Of a DNA stretch of 64,000 nt, positions 13,164 to 24,500 are shown in pieces. The stretch spans positions 266,724,001 to 266,788,000 of the forward strand of contig CM075977.1 of assembly GCA_038087875.1 (NCBI GenBank), in the 5' to 3' direction. Within the stretch, counting starts at the first letter, position 1. Each line of letters begins with the position of its first letter. The translations under genes were made by a program, and so were the position numbers. Source of the DNA: Malacoraja senta. Lineage: Eukaryota. The notes below the pieces were generated by a model. That model saw only the letters and a program-made list of their open reading frames with translations. It was not told the DNA's origin and ran no database searches.

Positions 13164-13528
13164 AGGGCCTGCCCCACTGTACGAGATAAATCAAGAATTC
13201 TCCCGAGTTTTCCCCTGATTTGAACTCGGAGAATGTCCTTAGCGGGTCCGTAGGAGTTCGTGGATGTCTCGTAGCGGCTCGTACGAGTAGCGGTAGGTAC
13301 TCGGGAAATCCGGTAAACTCGTGACGTTTTTTCAACACTGTGAAAAATGTCCACGAGTAAAAAAATACTTGTGATGAAAAAAATGGTTACTTTTTACTCA
13401 TACGGGTTGCTACGAGACATCCACGAACTCCTACGAACTCCTACGGACCCGCTACAGACATTCACCGAGTTCTAAGGGGGAAAACTCTGGAGAACTCTTG
13501 ATTTACCTCGTACAGAGGGGCAGGCCCT
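13164..13528. mobile_element. PIF/Harbinger-like MITE
   Basis: TIR AGGGCCTGCCCCACTGTACGAG / CTCGTACAGAGGGGCAGGCCCT; TTA TSD; splits the gag. Confidence 0.8.
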
Positions 13529-13783
13529 TTACTTCTTGGTCTACCGTAGGACAGCCAGTCTTGGAATCTTTCAATTTCATGCTGTGAAATTGTCCCTCAA
13601 CAGCTTCCAGTGCCACTGCAATCAACAAAGCATCATTAAGGTTTAACTCACCCCCTTTTTCTAGCAACCTTCTCCTGAGCTTGTCTGACCTGCAATGCTG
13701 GACAAACCTGATCCAATATCTGTTTTTTCACATCAGCAGCCACATATTTGCATCCTACAGACACCTGTGTGAGTCTCGTCACC

Positions 13784-13918
13784 TTCTTCTTCTTGGGTAT
13801 GGCGTGCACAGCCTAAAGTTGCAGGTCAACTTGTTCTATTTGATCTTGTTTGTGCAAGCGGGTTGATTGCATTAGTCGAACCAGGGTGGACCACGTGACG
13901 GTTGCAATCTCCCACTCC
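13784..13918 (-). mobile_element. Ribozyme-headed short retroposon, copy C
   Basis: Perfect 12-bp TSD AGTCTCGTCACC (13772-13783, 13919-13930); (AAG)n tail; homologous to the copies at 53243 and 53490. Confidence 0.9.
13866..13918 (-). ncRNA. Minimal HDV-like ribozyme (mutated copy)
   Basis: P1 GGAGUGG/CCACCCU, P2 AUUGCA/UGCAAU, P3 ACC/GGU, L3 GUCACGU, C-UAA. Confidence 0.7.
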
Positions 13919-15089
13919 AGTCTCGTCACCAATTGAGCAACGCTGGTCCTTTTCCTGCTTTGTTTTGCGGAATAAATGGCGTTGAAATCTAGCATTTGGC
14001 ACCACCACATAATGACTGTTCTTATAGTCTTCCTTCATTCCGGTGTCAGGGAGCGTTCTAAACGTTTCTTGAACTGCTGGCCCCGCGGTGAAGAGAAGAA
14101 ACGCTCTCCGCTGAGCTTTCTGCCCCGGCGTACTCTCATCAAGAAAGAGCCCACGACTGTCGGCGTAGGCCTCGAATTCCTCCAGCCAAGTGTTCCACTT
14201 CACGCTGACGGTACTCGCATCACCCGTCGGATCGAAGTGTGGAACTCCGCGAAGTGCTAAGAAATCAGCTCCAGCGACTGCTATTATGAAACCTTTTTGG
14301 AGCTCGTAGCCAGGGATTCAGATTCCAAAATATCCTCGTCGCCAATGTCACATCTTCGCCTAAGATGTGGAATAATAATACGGTCACAAGATTTACGGGT
14401 TTCATTCCTTTGTCCGTGTGATTATTGTCTCCGCCGATCATGTCCTCCCGCCTTGGCTTACACAGCGCACATGCGATCTGACTTCCAATGCAGCCGATAC
14501 AAAGGTCAAGATATTTGCATATCATGATCATGACTCATAGTCTCATACCAGACTCATTGTCATGACTGGCAGAGCAGAGGGACATCGGGTTATGGGCCTG
14601 CAGGCTTCCTGGATTGGGGGGCTCCAGGACTTCCAACGTGGACTAGACTTTGTTAGTGTTTTCTGTTTTATTTAAAATACATTTAAAAAAATCATAAACT
14701 GCGCCATAATTGTGGCAATTGTGCATTTGTGGTTGTGCAAAATAATGTCACTGTGCTGTGCACACATGACAGTAAAGAACCATTGAACACCCCTTTAATG
14801 TGAATAATATTTTTTATATATAGAAAAATTCACAAGCGTCCCAAGACTGTTGCAACTGAAGGTTACATTTTTTTAAATGCAAAAAAACCCAGTATTTTTG
14901 AAATCACAAAACAAAAACACTTTATTTAGGAAAAACATTGTGAATGCACATTGGCAAATATTAGTCCAAGTGAATTTAAGTGCAGGGTGGAGGTTAGTGA
15001 TAAAGTTAATGAAGTCACGGGTGCAGAAGTCAGCCCCGATGCAGTCATTGATGTCGTGGAGAAAAAGTTGGGGAATGGAGCCAGTGCAT

Positions 15090-15310
15090 GTTTAGAAAGT
15101 GTCTCTCAGTTGCTATCCATTTTAACCCGTCTTCCCATTCCGATACTGACTTTTCTGTTCTATGCCTCTGCCATTGCCAGAGTGAGACCACACGCAAACT
15201 GGAGAAATAACACCTCATATTCCGCTTGGGTAGTTTACAACCCAACAGAGTGAACATTGAATTTTCCATTTACAGGTAACTAGTTATCCCTCACCTTTCG
15301 CTGCTCCCCC
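15090..15310 (+). mobile_element. Penelope-like GIY-YIG C-terminal fragment (continues after 21655)
   Basis: Similar to 43476-43700: HF..PSHS.TD.SVL.L.HCQSE...KLE...LIFRLG.L.P. Confidence 0.7.
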
Positions 15311-15730
15311 TACATAAAGGGCCTGTCCCACTGCGGGGACCTAATTGCCGAGTTTAGAAGAGTTTGCCCTCGACTCATACTCGCAGCATGGTCAACACGA
15401 GGTCCTAGTAGGTCTTTGTAACTCTCCTTCATGCTCGAGAGCAGTCCCCGTGTAATCGAGGCCTCAGCTAGGCCGCGGCGTTTTTTTCGACATGCTGAAA
15501 AATGCCCGCGAGTAATAAAAGGTTGCCATGGAAAAAATCGATATTTAACATTTTGGACAAAAGATTTAGAAGATACCCAATGCCCTGGATGGATAGAATC
15601 AAGTACACAGGACAAGATGTTAAGAAGTCCCTTGTGCCAATACGTGGGGAGCATTTCACGACATTCGTTGATTGTTGAGAGTGGTAGACGCTCAATATCG
15701 GGGGGGTAACCTTCAGGACAGTTGGGCACA

Positions 15731-15795
15731 GGACACATCATCAGCAGTGTACCCTTGCATCACTGGGTGTTTCGGCCTTTTAACACTATACACCC
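15731..15795 (-). ncRNA. Putative hammerhead-like core in HERO 3' UTR (second copy at 19680-19744)
   Basis: GGGUGUA-UAGUGU..GGCC-GAAACACCC...ACACUG-CUGAUGA-UGUGUC; helices I and III in register, helix II weak. Confidence 0.4.
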
Positions 15796-15865
15796 TCCAC
15801 AAGGGCGGCCCGCTGCAGGATGATCAACCCTCAGCGCGTGACCCGTGTCAAACCGTCCCAAAGAT

Positions 15866-18800
15866 TCACCCCGACATACTTGGGGCCCAGCATGGGTCTT
15901 TCCGCTTGAGCCAAATCCACCGGCTGCTTCTTTCAGCCGCCTCTGAGAGTGATCTTATGGTCTTCCGCAGAGCCTGACCGTGGATTCCAAGCTCCTTCAG
16001 CAGTCTGATGGTAGATGACGCAACAAATCCTCTGCATCCCACTTCAACTGGATAGACTTTGGTGTTCCAGCCACGCTGCGTTGCCTCTGCTGCAAGCTCT
16101 GCGTAGCGCAGCTTCTTACGCTCATAGGCCTCCTCAACAGAGTTCTCCCATGGAACTGTGAGCTCTATGATGTAAGCAGTCTTCTGTGAAGGGGACCAGA
16201 ACACCAAGTCTGGCCTGAGATTGGTGGAAGCCATTTCAGGTGGAAAAATTAGTTGTCGGCCGATGTCCGCCAGCATCCTCCAGTCATGGGCCCTGCATAG
16301 GTTTCCTTCTTCTGATCTGGTGGAAGGAAGTTTAGATGTTTTCTGTCCTTCTCGGACAAAGGTTGTTACCCTTGGGGGGGGGGGGGGGTTGCTTGCTCTC
16401 GGAGGCAAGGAGTTGGTCGCACACCGCCTGTTCTCAAGGGCTGATGCCAGGCTTTTTAGTACCTGATTATGCCGCCACGTGTATCTCCCTTGCGTGAGGC
16501 TGGTCTTGCAGCCTACCATGATGTGTTTGAGGGTCGCTGGAGTTGGGCAGATGGCACAGGTTGGATCCTCGCCGTACCACTGATGGAGGTTCTTTGGTGA
16601 TGGAAGCACGTCATATGTCGCTCTGATGATGAAGCTGATCTTGCTTGCTTCCATTTCCCATAGTTCTTTCCAGTTGATCTTCCTCCGCTCCACACCTTCC
16701 CACTGCATCCATTGCCCCTGTTTGGCAAGAGAGACCGCCTTGCACTTCTTGCGGCCTCCTCCTGTCGCCGCACCTCCTCAACCACCAACGTCCTCCGCTC
16801 TGATGTTGTGGCCTTTCGCCAAGTTGGTTTACTTGTCATAAGGCCAAAGCCTCCTCTTCCCTGCTGGACTTGCCCCACTATGTCTTTGTGCCTCAGGGCT
16901 GATGAAGCTTGCTGTACTGCATCAGATGGTGTCCACTTCCGGCCAGTTGCTAGGGGTGGCGCAACAGCACTGATGGTCTTGTCTCTAGAGTCTCTCAGTG
17001 TCATCTGGAGTCTTACTTTAGAACACTTATATTCCTCTGTTAGACTAGTGAGAGGTAGTTCCAGGACCCCTTTGCCATAGAGGCCGATGTTAGTTAGACA
17101 TCGTGGGACACCGAGCCATTTCTTCACGTATGAAGTTATGGTTCGCTCCATCTTCTCCACAGTTGTTATTGGGGCTTCATAAACGGTCAGTGGCCACATT
17201 GTCCGAGGAAGGAGTCCAAACTGTAGGCACCAGAGCTTCAGTTTCCCAGGCAGTAGGGTCTGATTGATGTTCTCCAGGCCGTTGACAATTTCTTGCCTTA
17301 GTTGTTGCACCTGCTCTTTGTCCTTGAGACTTGCGTTGTACCATCTGCCCAGGCTTTTAACTGGCTGCTCAGACACTGTTGGTATTGGGTCGTCACCGAT
17401 ACAGAACCTTGTGTCTCTAAGCACCCCCTTGACTATGGAGATGCTTCAAGATTTACTTGGTTTGATTTTCATTCGGGCCCACTCGATGTTCTCCTGCAGC
17501 TTTCCAAGTAGCCACTTGGTGCATGCTGCAGTAGTGGTTAGTGTTGTCATGTCGTCCATGTATGCCCTCATCGGTGGCAGACGGAGCCCAGCCCTGGTTC
17601 GTTCACCGCCCACCACCCATTTTGAGGCCCTGATGATGACTTCCATGGCCATTGTAAAGGCCAAGGGTGAGACTGTGCAGCCTGCCATGATGCCTACTTC
17701 CAAGCGCTGCCATGTTGTACTGAAGTCAGCTGTTGTGAAGCACAGCTGCAGGTCTTGGTAATATTTCTTGACCAGTGTGGTGATGAGCTCTGGTACATGG
17801 AAAAAGGCAAAAGATTCCCAAAGGAGTTCATGGGGAACTGAACCAAATGCATTGGCCAGATCGAGGAAGATCACATGTAGGTCGCTCTTGTCCTTCTTAG
17901 CTGCTTGGATCTGGTGCCAGATCATGCTTGTATGCTCCAAGCAGCCCGAAAATCCTGGAATTCCTGCTTTCTGTACAGATGTATCAATGTACTTGTTTGT
18001 TACCAGATAGGTGGACAGCCTTTGTGATACAATGCTGAAAAAGATTTTTCCCTCGACGTTGAGGAGACATATTGGCCGGAATTGGCTGATGTCTGACGCA
18101 TCCTTTTCTTTAGGTATTAGCACGCCGCCTGCCCTTCGCCACGCCTTAGGTATTGTTTGCTTCTTCCACACCACCCTCATGAGCTTCCATAGAAAGCGTA
18201 ACACATCCGGTGCGTTCTTGTAGAGTTTGTATGGTACTCCGTTTGGCCCCGGAGCTGATGCTGCTCTTGCTCGCCGGACCGTGTTCTCCACCTCTTTCCA
18301 TCTCAGAGGGCTGGTGTCCAGGTTGAATTCAGGTGGTTGAATAGGCGGGATGTCATGTGGGATGACTAACTGCTCATGCCTTTTCGTGTCTTTGTGGGCC
18401 TTTTCCAGGTGTTCCTCCAATTCCTGTTTTGATGTTTTCAAAGTTCCACTTTTTTCCTTTGCGAAGAGGTCTTTGATGAACTTGAAAGGGTCTTTGTAGA
18501 ACCGTGTTCATGAGTGTTCTTTCTTCTTGCAAAGTTCCCTCAAGTTCTCTGCTTTTCGCAAGGTTGCCAATCGGTTCTTGATGTCCCCTTGGAGTAGCAT
18601 GAGACCTTCTCTCTCTGCGTCAGTTGCTTTTTTCCATTGCCTTTTCAACTGTCTCCTCTCTCTGATTAGCCTCTCGATCTCCTGCTGCCTCCTGGACTTG
18701 ATTGGTGTTGGTAATTTCTTTCCACCTCTCCCTTTACTCACCCCAAACCGTTCTTCTCCATAGCTGTAGATTGTGTTGACAATCCTTTCAAGCTTTTCCA

Positions 18801-19340
18801 CTGCTGTGCCCGCTTGTTGCTCCAAGATATGTATAAGGTCACTGTTGACCGTCTCCCACTCTTTCTTTTCAACAGCTTTGGGCCATTTCACTCCAGGTTT
18901 GTGCCCTTTGATCTTTCCCTCCAATGGAGGTCTTTGTAGTTGTTGCGTGGGCTCCTCCACCGGCATTTCTGTGCTTGTATCACCCTCTTCAGTGACATGG
19001 GTGCTGATGCTCTGCGAACTTTGGTTTGTGTCCCGTCGCTGTGCTTCACTCGACTGATTTGACTGGTTGCTTCATAAGAAGTACTGGTCAATGCGAGGCC
19101 CATGTTTCTGCTCTCTCAAGCACTTTTTCTTCCCTTGGTGGATCTTCAAGCCCTTCACTGATGTTATTTTCTCCCAACCACAGATGCACACCTGAAGTTT
19201 GTGTCCCGCAGCTGTTGTGGATGTCTCATGTGCCATGCTCTCCTTGTCAGTAGTCGTTTCCGTTCCTGGGTCTGTAACCGTGTTATCAATCGGTGAGCCA
19301 TCTTGCGCCACCGCTCTCGCAGGCTCTATGGGGTATTCTC
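15866..19340 (-). pseudogene. HERO ORF (Zn finger - RT - CCHC - restriction-like endonuclease)
   Basis: CICGWEK...IHQGKKKC; LDLANAFGSV, GIMAGC..SP, AYMDD; CAIC...HIMVGC, RHN, RPD..IIELTVPWE..K..RY. Confidence 0.92.
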
Positions 19341-19543
19341 TTTAGTTTACTTTTAGTAGCATTTAGCGGGTGTCTCCAACTAGCTGAAACAGCGTTGGGG
19401 ACTGCTGTCATGGGTAGCTAGCCCATGACGGCCCCAGTGGGGTCTGTTCCCTCCTGTCAGCTGTCTCTCCAAGCTGTCACATGGACTTTCCCATGTTGTC
19501 TGCTGTCCTTTCACAGCAGTCACTGGACGAGTCCAGATTATCA

Positions 19544-20880
19544 GAATCAAGTACACAGGACAAGATGTTAAGAAGTCCCTTGTGCCAATAGGTGGGGAGC
19601 ATTTCACGACATTCGTTGATTGTTGAGAGTGGTAGACGCTCAACATCGGGGGGGGGAACCTTCAGGACAGTTGGGCACAGGACACATCATCAGTAGTGTA
19701 CCCTTGCATCACTGGGTGTTTCGGCCTTTTAACACTATACACCCTGGGAGAGGTTGTGTCTTTAAACTATGGTACTAACATCTTTTCTGTTCTCCATCTC
19801 ATCATTGTTTGAAATTCAGTCTGGTTTGGTGGTGTCGTCTTAACATTGGTAAATGGGGTTAGAGCAGAATTCAGCCATACAGTCATGAGTGTAGAGTGAG
19901 TATAGCATTGTTCTGCGAGCACATCCTTGTGGTGAACCATTGTTGAGAATGACTATGGCGAATGCTGAGTCGCCTATTCTTACTGATTGCAGTCTATGGA
20001 TCAAGATGTTAAGGATTCTGTTGCAGTGAGGGCTGTGGAGTCCTAGGTCCAGGAGTTTGATGTTGAATTTGGTTAGAATCATGTACCAGAAATTTCTGCT
20101 TGTAAGCAGGGATTAGGAGCACAACCATGTGGTCAGATTTTCCAAAATGCAAGGGCGGCCCGCTGCAGGATGATCAACCCTCAGCGCGTGTCCCGTGTCA
20201 AACCGTCCCAAAGATTCACCCCGACATACTTGGGGCCCAGCATGGGTCTTTCCGCTTGAGCCAAATCCACCGGCTGCTTCTTTCAGCCGCCTCTGAGAGT
20301 GATCTTATGGTCTTCCGCAGAGCCTGACCGTGGATTCCAAGCTCCTTCAGCAGTCTGATGGTAGATGACGTAACAAATCCTCTGTATCCCACTTCAACTG
20401 GATAGACTTTGGTGTTCCAGCCACGCTGCGTTGCCTCTGCTGCAAACTCTGCGTAGCGCAGCTTCTTACGCTCATAGGCCTCCTCAACAGAGTTCTCCCA
20501 TGGAACTGTGAGCTCTATGATGTAAGCAGTCTTCTGTGAAGGGGACCAGAACACCAAGTCTGGCCTGAGGTTGGTGGAAGCAATTTCAGGTGGAAAAATT
20601 AGTTGTCGGCCGATGTCCGCCAGCATCCTCCAGTCACGGGCCCTGCATAGGTTTCCTTCTTCTGATCTGGTGGAAGGAAGTTTAGATGTTTTCTGTCCTT
20701 CTCGGACAAAGGTTGTTACCCTTAGGGGGGGTGGGGGGTTGCTTGCTCTCGGAGGCAAGGAGTTGGTCGCACACCGCCTGTTCTCAAGGGCTGATGCCAG
20801 GCTTTTTAGTACCTGATTATGCCGCCACGTGTCTCTCCCTTGCGTGAGGCTGGTCTTGCAGCCTACCATGATGTGTTTGA
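19544..20880 (-). mobile_element. Second, 5'-truncated HERO copy in tandem, split by a 404-bp foreign segment (19746-20149)
   Basis: 19544-19745 matches 15596-15796; 20150-20880 matches 15800-16530. Confidence 0.9.
19840..20082 (-). mobile_element. Rex1/L2-like RT fragment
   Basis: QSVRIG...LN.GSPQGC....LYSLYTHDC. Confidence 0.7.
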
Positions 20881-21424
20881 AACATGCTGAAAAATGCCCG
20901 CGAGTAATAAAAGGTTGCCATGGAAAAAATCGATATTTAACATTTTGGACAAAAGATTTAGAAGATACCCAATGCCCTGGATGGATAAACCTAGAACGTG
21001 ATTCCTTACAAGAGCTATCATTGGCTTCTATTCTAGAGGTAGGTCGTAGTAGGTCGTAATGCTATCGTAGGTAATCAAAGGCAATCGAAGGTAATCGAAG
21101 GTAGTCGAAGGTAAAGCTCGTTGAGAAAAAAAAGGTAAGTAAACCGACCGGTAATGTTAAATGCCCGCTAAACTTTATTAAAGGTTGTCTGGCTTCTTAA
21201 AAGTGTCTCCACTCCTTCTCCCCCCCCTTCTCCGCCCAATTCTCCCCTTCTCTCCTCTTCTCTCCCCTTCTCTCCCCTTCTTTCCCCTTCTCTCCCCCTC
21301 TCTCCCCTTCTCTCCCTCCCCCCCCCCTCTCCGCGCTCTCTAAAGGACTTACCGTAACTGTGCCAGCGGTCTTTTACTTTTCTGTTCATTTGTGTGAATT
21401 TCAGACAGCGCTCCCCCGCTTTCC

Positions 21425-21563
21425 NNNNNNNNNNNNNNNNNNNNNNNNNNNNNNNNNNNNNNNNNNNNNNNNNNNNNNNNNNNNNNNNNNNNNNNNNNNN
21501 NNNNNNNNNNNNNNNNNNNNNNNNNNNNNNNNNNNNNNNNNNNNNNNNNNNNNNNNNNNNNNN
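21425..21563. other. Assembly gap
   Basis: Run of N. Confidence 1.
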
Positions 21564-24500
21564 CGGGCGCGCGGTTTCATCGCTGACGGTCGATTCAACG
21601 AGCTTGAAGGTCGAAGACAGTCGCTGAAAAGTCGCGTTAGTGGGACAGGCCCTTTACCCTGCCCCTTCTCCCTCCCCCCTACCCTGTGCTCCACCTGAAC
21701 TCGTATCTATTCCTCCCCTCCCCTCCCCTTCCACTAGCTTCACAATTCACAACTTTGCAAACGTTTTGTCTGACACCTGTCTTTTCATGTCTGGCATTAG
21801 TCCAACCCTACCTATCAAAAAAGCCTCCTCACCTCTGTCAACCTATTACCTGCCAGGCTTTGTCCTGCCCCTCCTCCCTTCCAGCTTTCTTTCCCACTCC
21901 CCCTCCTACAATTAGTCTAAAATGGGGTCCCGACCCGAAACATCACCTATCCATGTTTTCCAGAAATGCTGCCTGACCCGTTGAGTTACTCCAACACTTT
22001 GTGTCTTCTGTTGAATTTGTATATGGCTTGAATATACTCATGTATGGTATGATCTGACTAGATAGCAGGCAAAATAAAAATATTTTGCTATATCTCAGTG
22101 CATGTGACAATAATAAACCACAGCCAATACCATCTTCATTAACAAGTTGTTTCTAAACAAAGAAACAAATTGAATTTAGTACAACTGAAGAAAATCAGTG
22201 GAGCAAGTTCTGTGACAAATGGCTGACATGTCCACAAAGTTTGATCTTTCTCCCATGGATATTGAAAGGCCAAGGATGGGAGTTTGCAGATACCTTCATC
22301 ATGGTCTTCGATACGAGAATTCTACTTCTATTTAGAAATTTGGAAATGTCACTCAATTACTAATGAAAAAAAAAGAGACAAGAGCAAATGAGTAATCATG
22401 GACTAATTTATCCGTTCAATGGCAGATACTGAAGTCTATCATCAGGAATTAATTGACTGCTTTTGAACAACTGCAAACTGATAAAAAAATGGCCAACGTA
22501 GATTTAAGATCACATCCGACATCAAATGGAGTATTTTTTAGATTATTTTACATGATGGATAGAGGAGTGTCCATGGATATTTTCTATGTGATTTTTTAGG
22601 GATTTGGTAAAGAAATGTGTGCAGGAAAATAGCTGGAAATATAAAAACCATTGGGTGGTTTGAGGCAGAGAAAGTAACTGCCAAGTTTTAAATAAATAGC
22701 AAAGATACAGATTCATAAAGCGTGCAAGGAAATAAAATCATGTACTGTTCCGTACTATATTTGAGAATTTGAGGAATGTTCTGCCCAGAAGGCCATGTCT
22801 AGTTAGTGTGATTTTCAGAACCTAAACAATGTCCTTTATGTATGGCAGTAATTCTCCATGAAAATGTGTGTATGGCAGTAATTCTCCATGAAAATATTTG
22901 CCAGGCTGCCTCAAAAAAACTTTCTCTTTCAGGATAGTCACAAAATGTTGGAGTAACTGGCAGCATCTCTGGAGAATTTGATTGGTCTGGGTGCCGGGGG
23001 TTATGGGGAGAAGTCAGGAGAGTGGGGTTAAGAGGGAAAGATAGATCAGCCAGGATTGAATGGCGGAGTAGACTTGATGGGCCGAATGGTCAAATTCTGT
23101 TCCTATCACTTATGCACTTATGAAAAGGAATAGTTGACGTTTCGCGACGAGACCCTTCCTCAGACTGAAGTTTGTAACAATACTTGAGAGATAACTGGTG
23201 ATGGTCTTTATGCTTCTGCCCATCAGCATATTTTGCTCCTGTGGCAATTTAACTGTCCAGTGTGGGGTTTAACAGTTGTAGTTTGTCCATTGTAACATCT
23301 CTTACAGTAGATATAACTATGTGCTGAGGGTTGCAAAGATAGTTGTTAGCCTGTGGTTGTCTGACAATAAGCAGTTATAGCAGAGTTGCAAACTGTTATT
23401 TTGATTGCAGTCAGGCTGAACTGCTCAGCAGTGTAATGATTATGGTGCCGCTCTGAATCTGATGATACCATTCAGCTCATCAGACGATCAGGTAACCAGA
23501 ATTGAAATTCTGAATCACAGTTTTCAAATGTTATTTCTCAACAAGTCACACTGCATAATCAGTGATACGAAGAAAGAACCATGAAACCATCATATTGCTA
23601 CGTAGGTGTAGTACTTGAAAGGGTACACGTTAACTTTAATCTCTGACAGGAGAATGGAGAACACAGAATTTCTGTTCATTTGATATGCAGCTTTCTTTTG
23701 TCTTTTTTTAAACCAAGGAATGCTATTGTGCTGTTTTATCTTTTCATCTCCTATTCGATTGAACATATTTTTGGTATGCTGACATATAGCATACCATGTG
23801 TTAGCACTATGCTGCATTTTGCACTACCACCCATTGCTTTCTCAGGATGGAGATCCAATTTTAAAATGCTCAAGGCTTGTTTGCCGTCCAAAATTGGAGC
23901 TAAAATGGAACATATGATTCTGATGGAACGTCATTCAATTTTGTGTATCTGCCAGCGTTACCATGCAATATTCATGAAAGGGCATGAGCCCTAGTGACAC
24001 ATTCTCCATGCCAGCCACTGTGGATTGTAATCATGTATTGTCTTTCCAATGGCTGGATAGCACGCAACAAAAGTTTTTCACTATTCCTCGGTACACGTGA
24101 CAGTAAACTAAACTAAACTAGCCACGCAGTAGCTGCCGCGGCAGAGAAAGAAAGTCCTGGGAAAAGGGAAAAAGCACTCACATGCACATTCACATACAGT
24201 CAAGTGGACATACAAGTCCTGGTAAATGCAATACGTTTCATGGTCACGCAAGATACATCAGGATGAACTGCACACCTTCCTTTTAAAATAACCTCCAACA
24301 ACCTTGCCCCCTTCAGCCTCCTTTCTCCCCTTTTCCAACCCCCTCTCTCCCTATGCCCCTGCTAGTCTTACATGTACACCTTCCTACACTGGAGGGGGGG
24401 GAGGCTCTAACAGAAAATACATTTTGCGCAGAGTCTGAATTATTTCAGTGTAGTGCCACTCCTTCAGAATTGCTGAAGGATTGGTACTACAGAAAGGCTC

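Larger units (their letters stand above)
12900..14270 (-). pseudogene. Gypsy gag with two zinc knuckles, interrupted by two insertions
   Basis: W..WLEEFEAY...RRA.LL..AG; CYRCGNKGH...C and CTKCRDKDHFAKKC. Confidence 0.8.
12601..14567 (-). mobile_element. Gypsy (Mag-like) LTR element, gag only
   Basis: LTRs 12601-12813 and 14346-14567; PBS TGGCGACGAGGAT at 14332-14344 (matches tRNA-Ser 3' end); PPT at 12814-12823; flanks agcag/ggcag. Confidence 0.9.
15596..19543 (-). mobile_element. Full-length HERO-clade (R2-group, REL endonuclease) non-LTR retrotransposon
   Basis: Single frameshifted ORF with N-terminal C.C...H....C finger, RT and C-terminal CCHC plus REL domain; both UTRs present. Confidence 0.88.
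15318..21652. mobile_element. Harbinger-like non-autonomous element hosting the HERO insertion (spans an N gap)
   Basis: TIR AGGGCCTGTCCCACT at 15318 and AGTGGGACAGGCCCT ending at 21652. Confidence 0.6.

Noticed and set aside
15596-19745. 200-bp direct repeats resembling LTRs around the RT
   Set aside because: No TG..CA ends, PBS or PPT; explained as the 3' UTR of a tandem second HERO copy
22838-22896. 30-bp tandem duplication (similar one at 40849-40888)
   Set aside because: Ordinary slippage or repair duplication with no functional signal
23411-23490. AG...GT-bounded candidate exon
   Set aside because: Stops in all three frames and no other support; could only be non-coding
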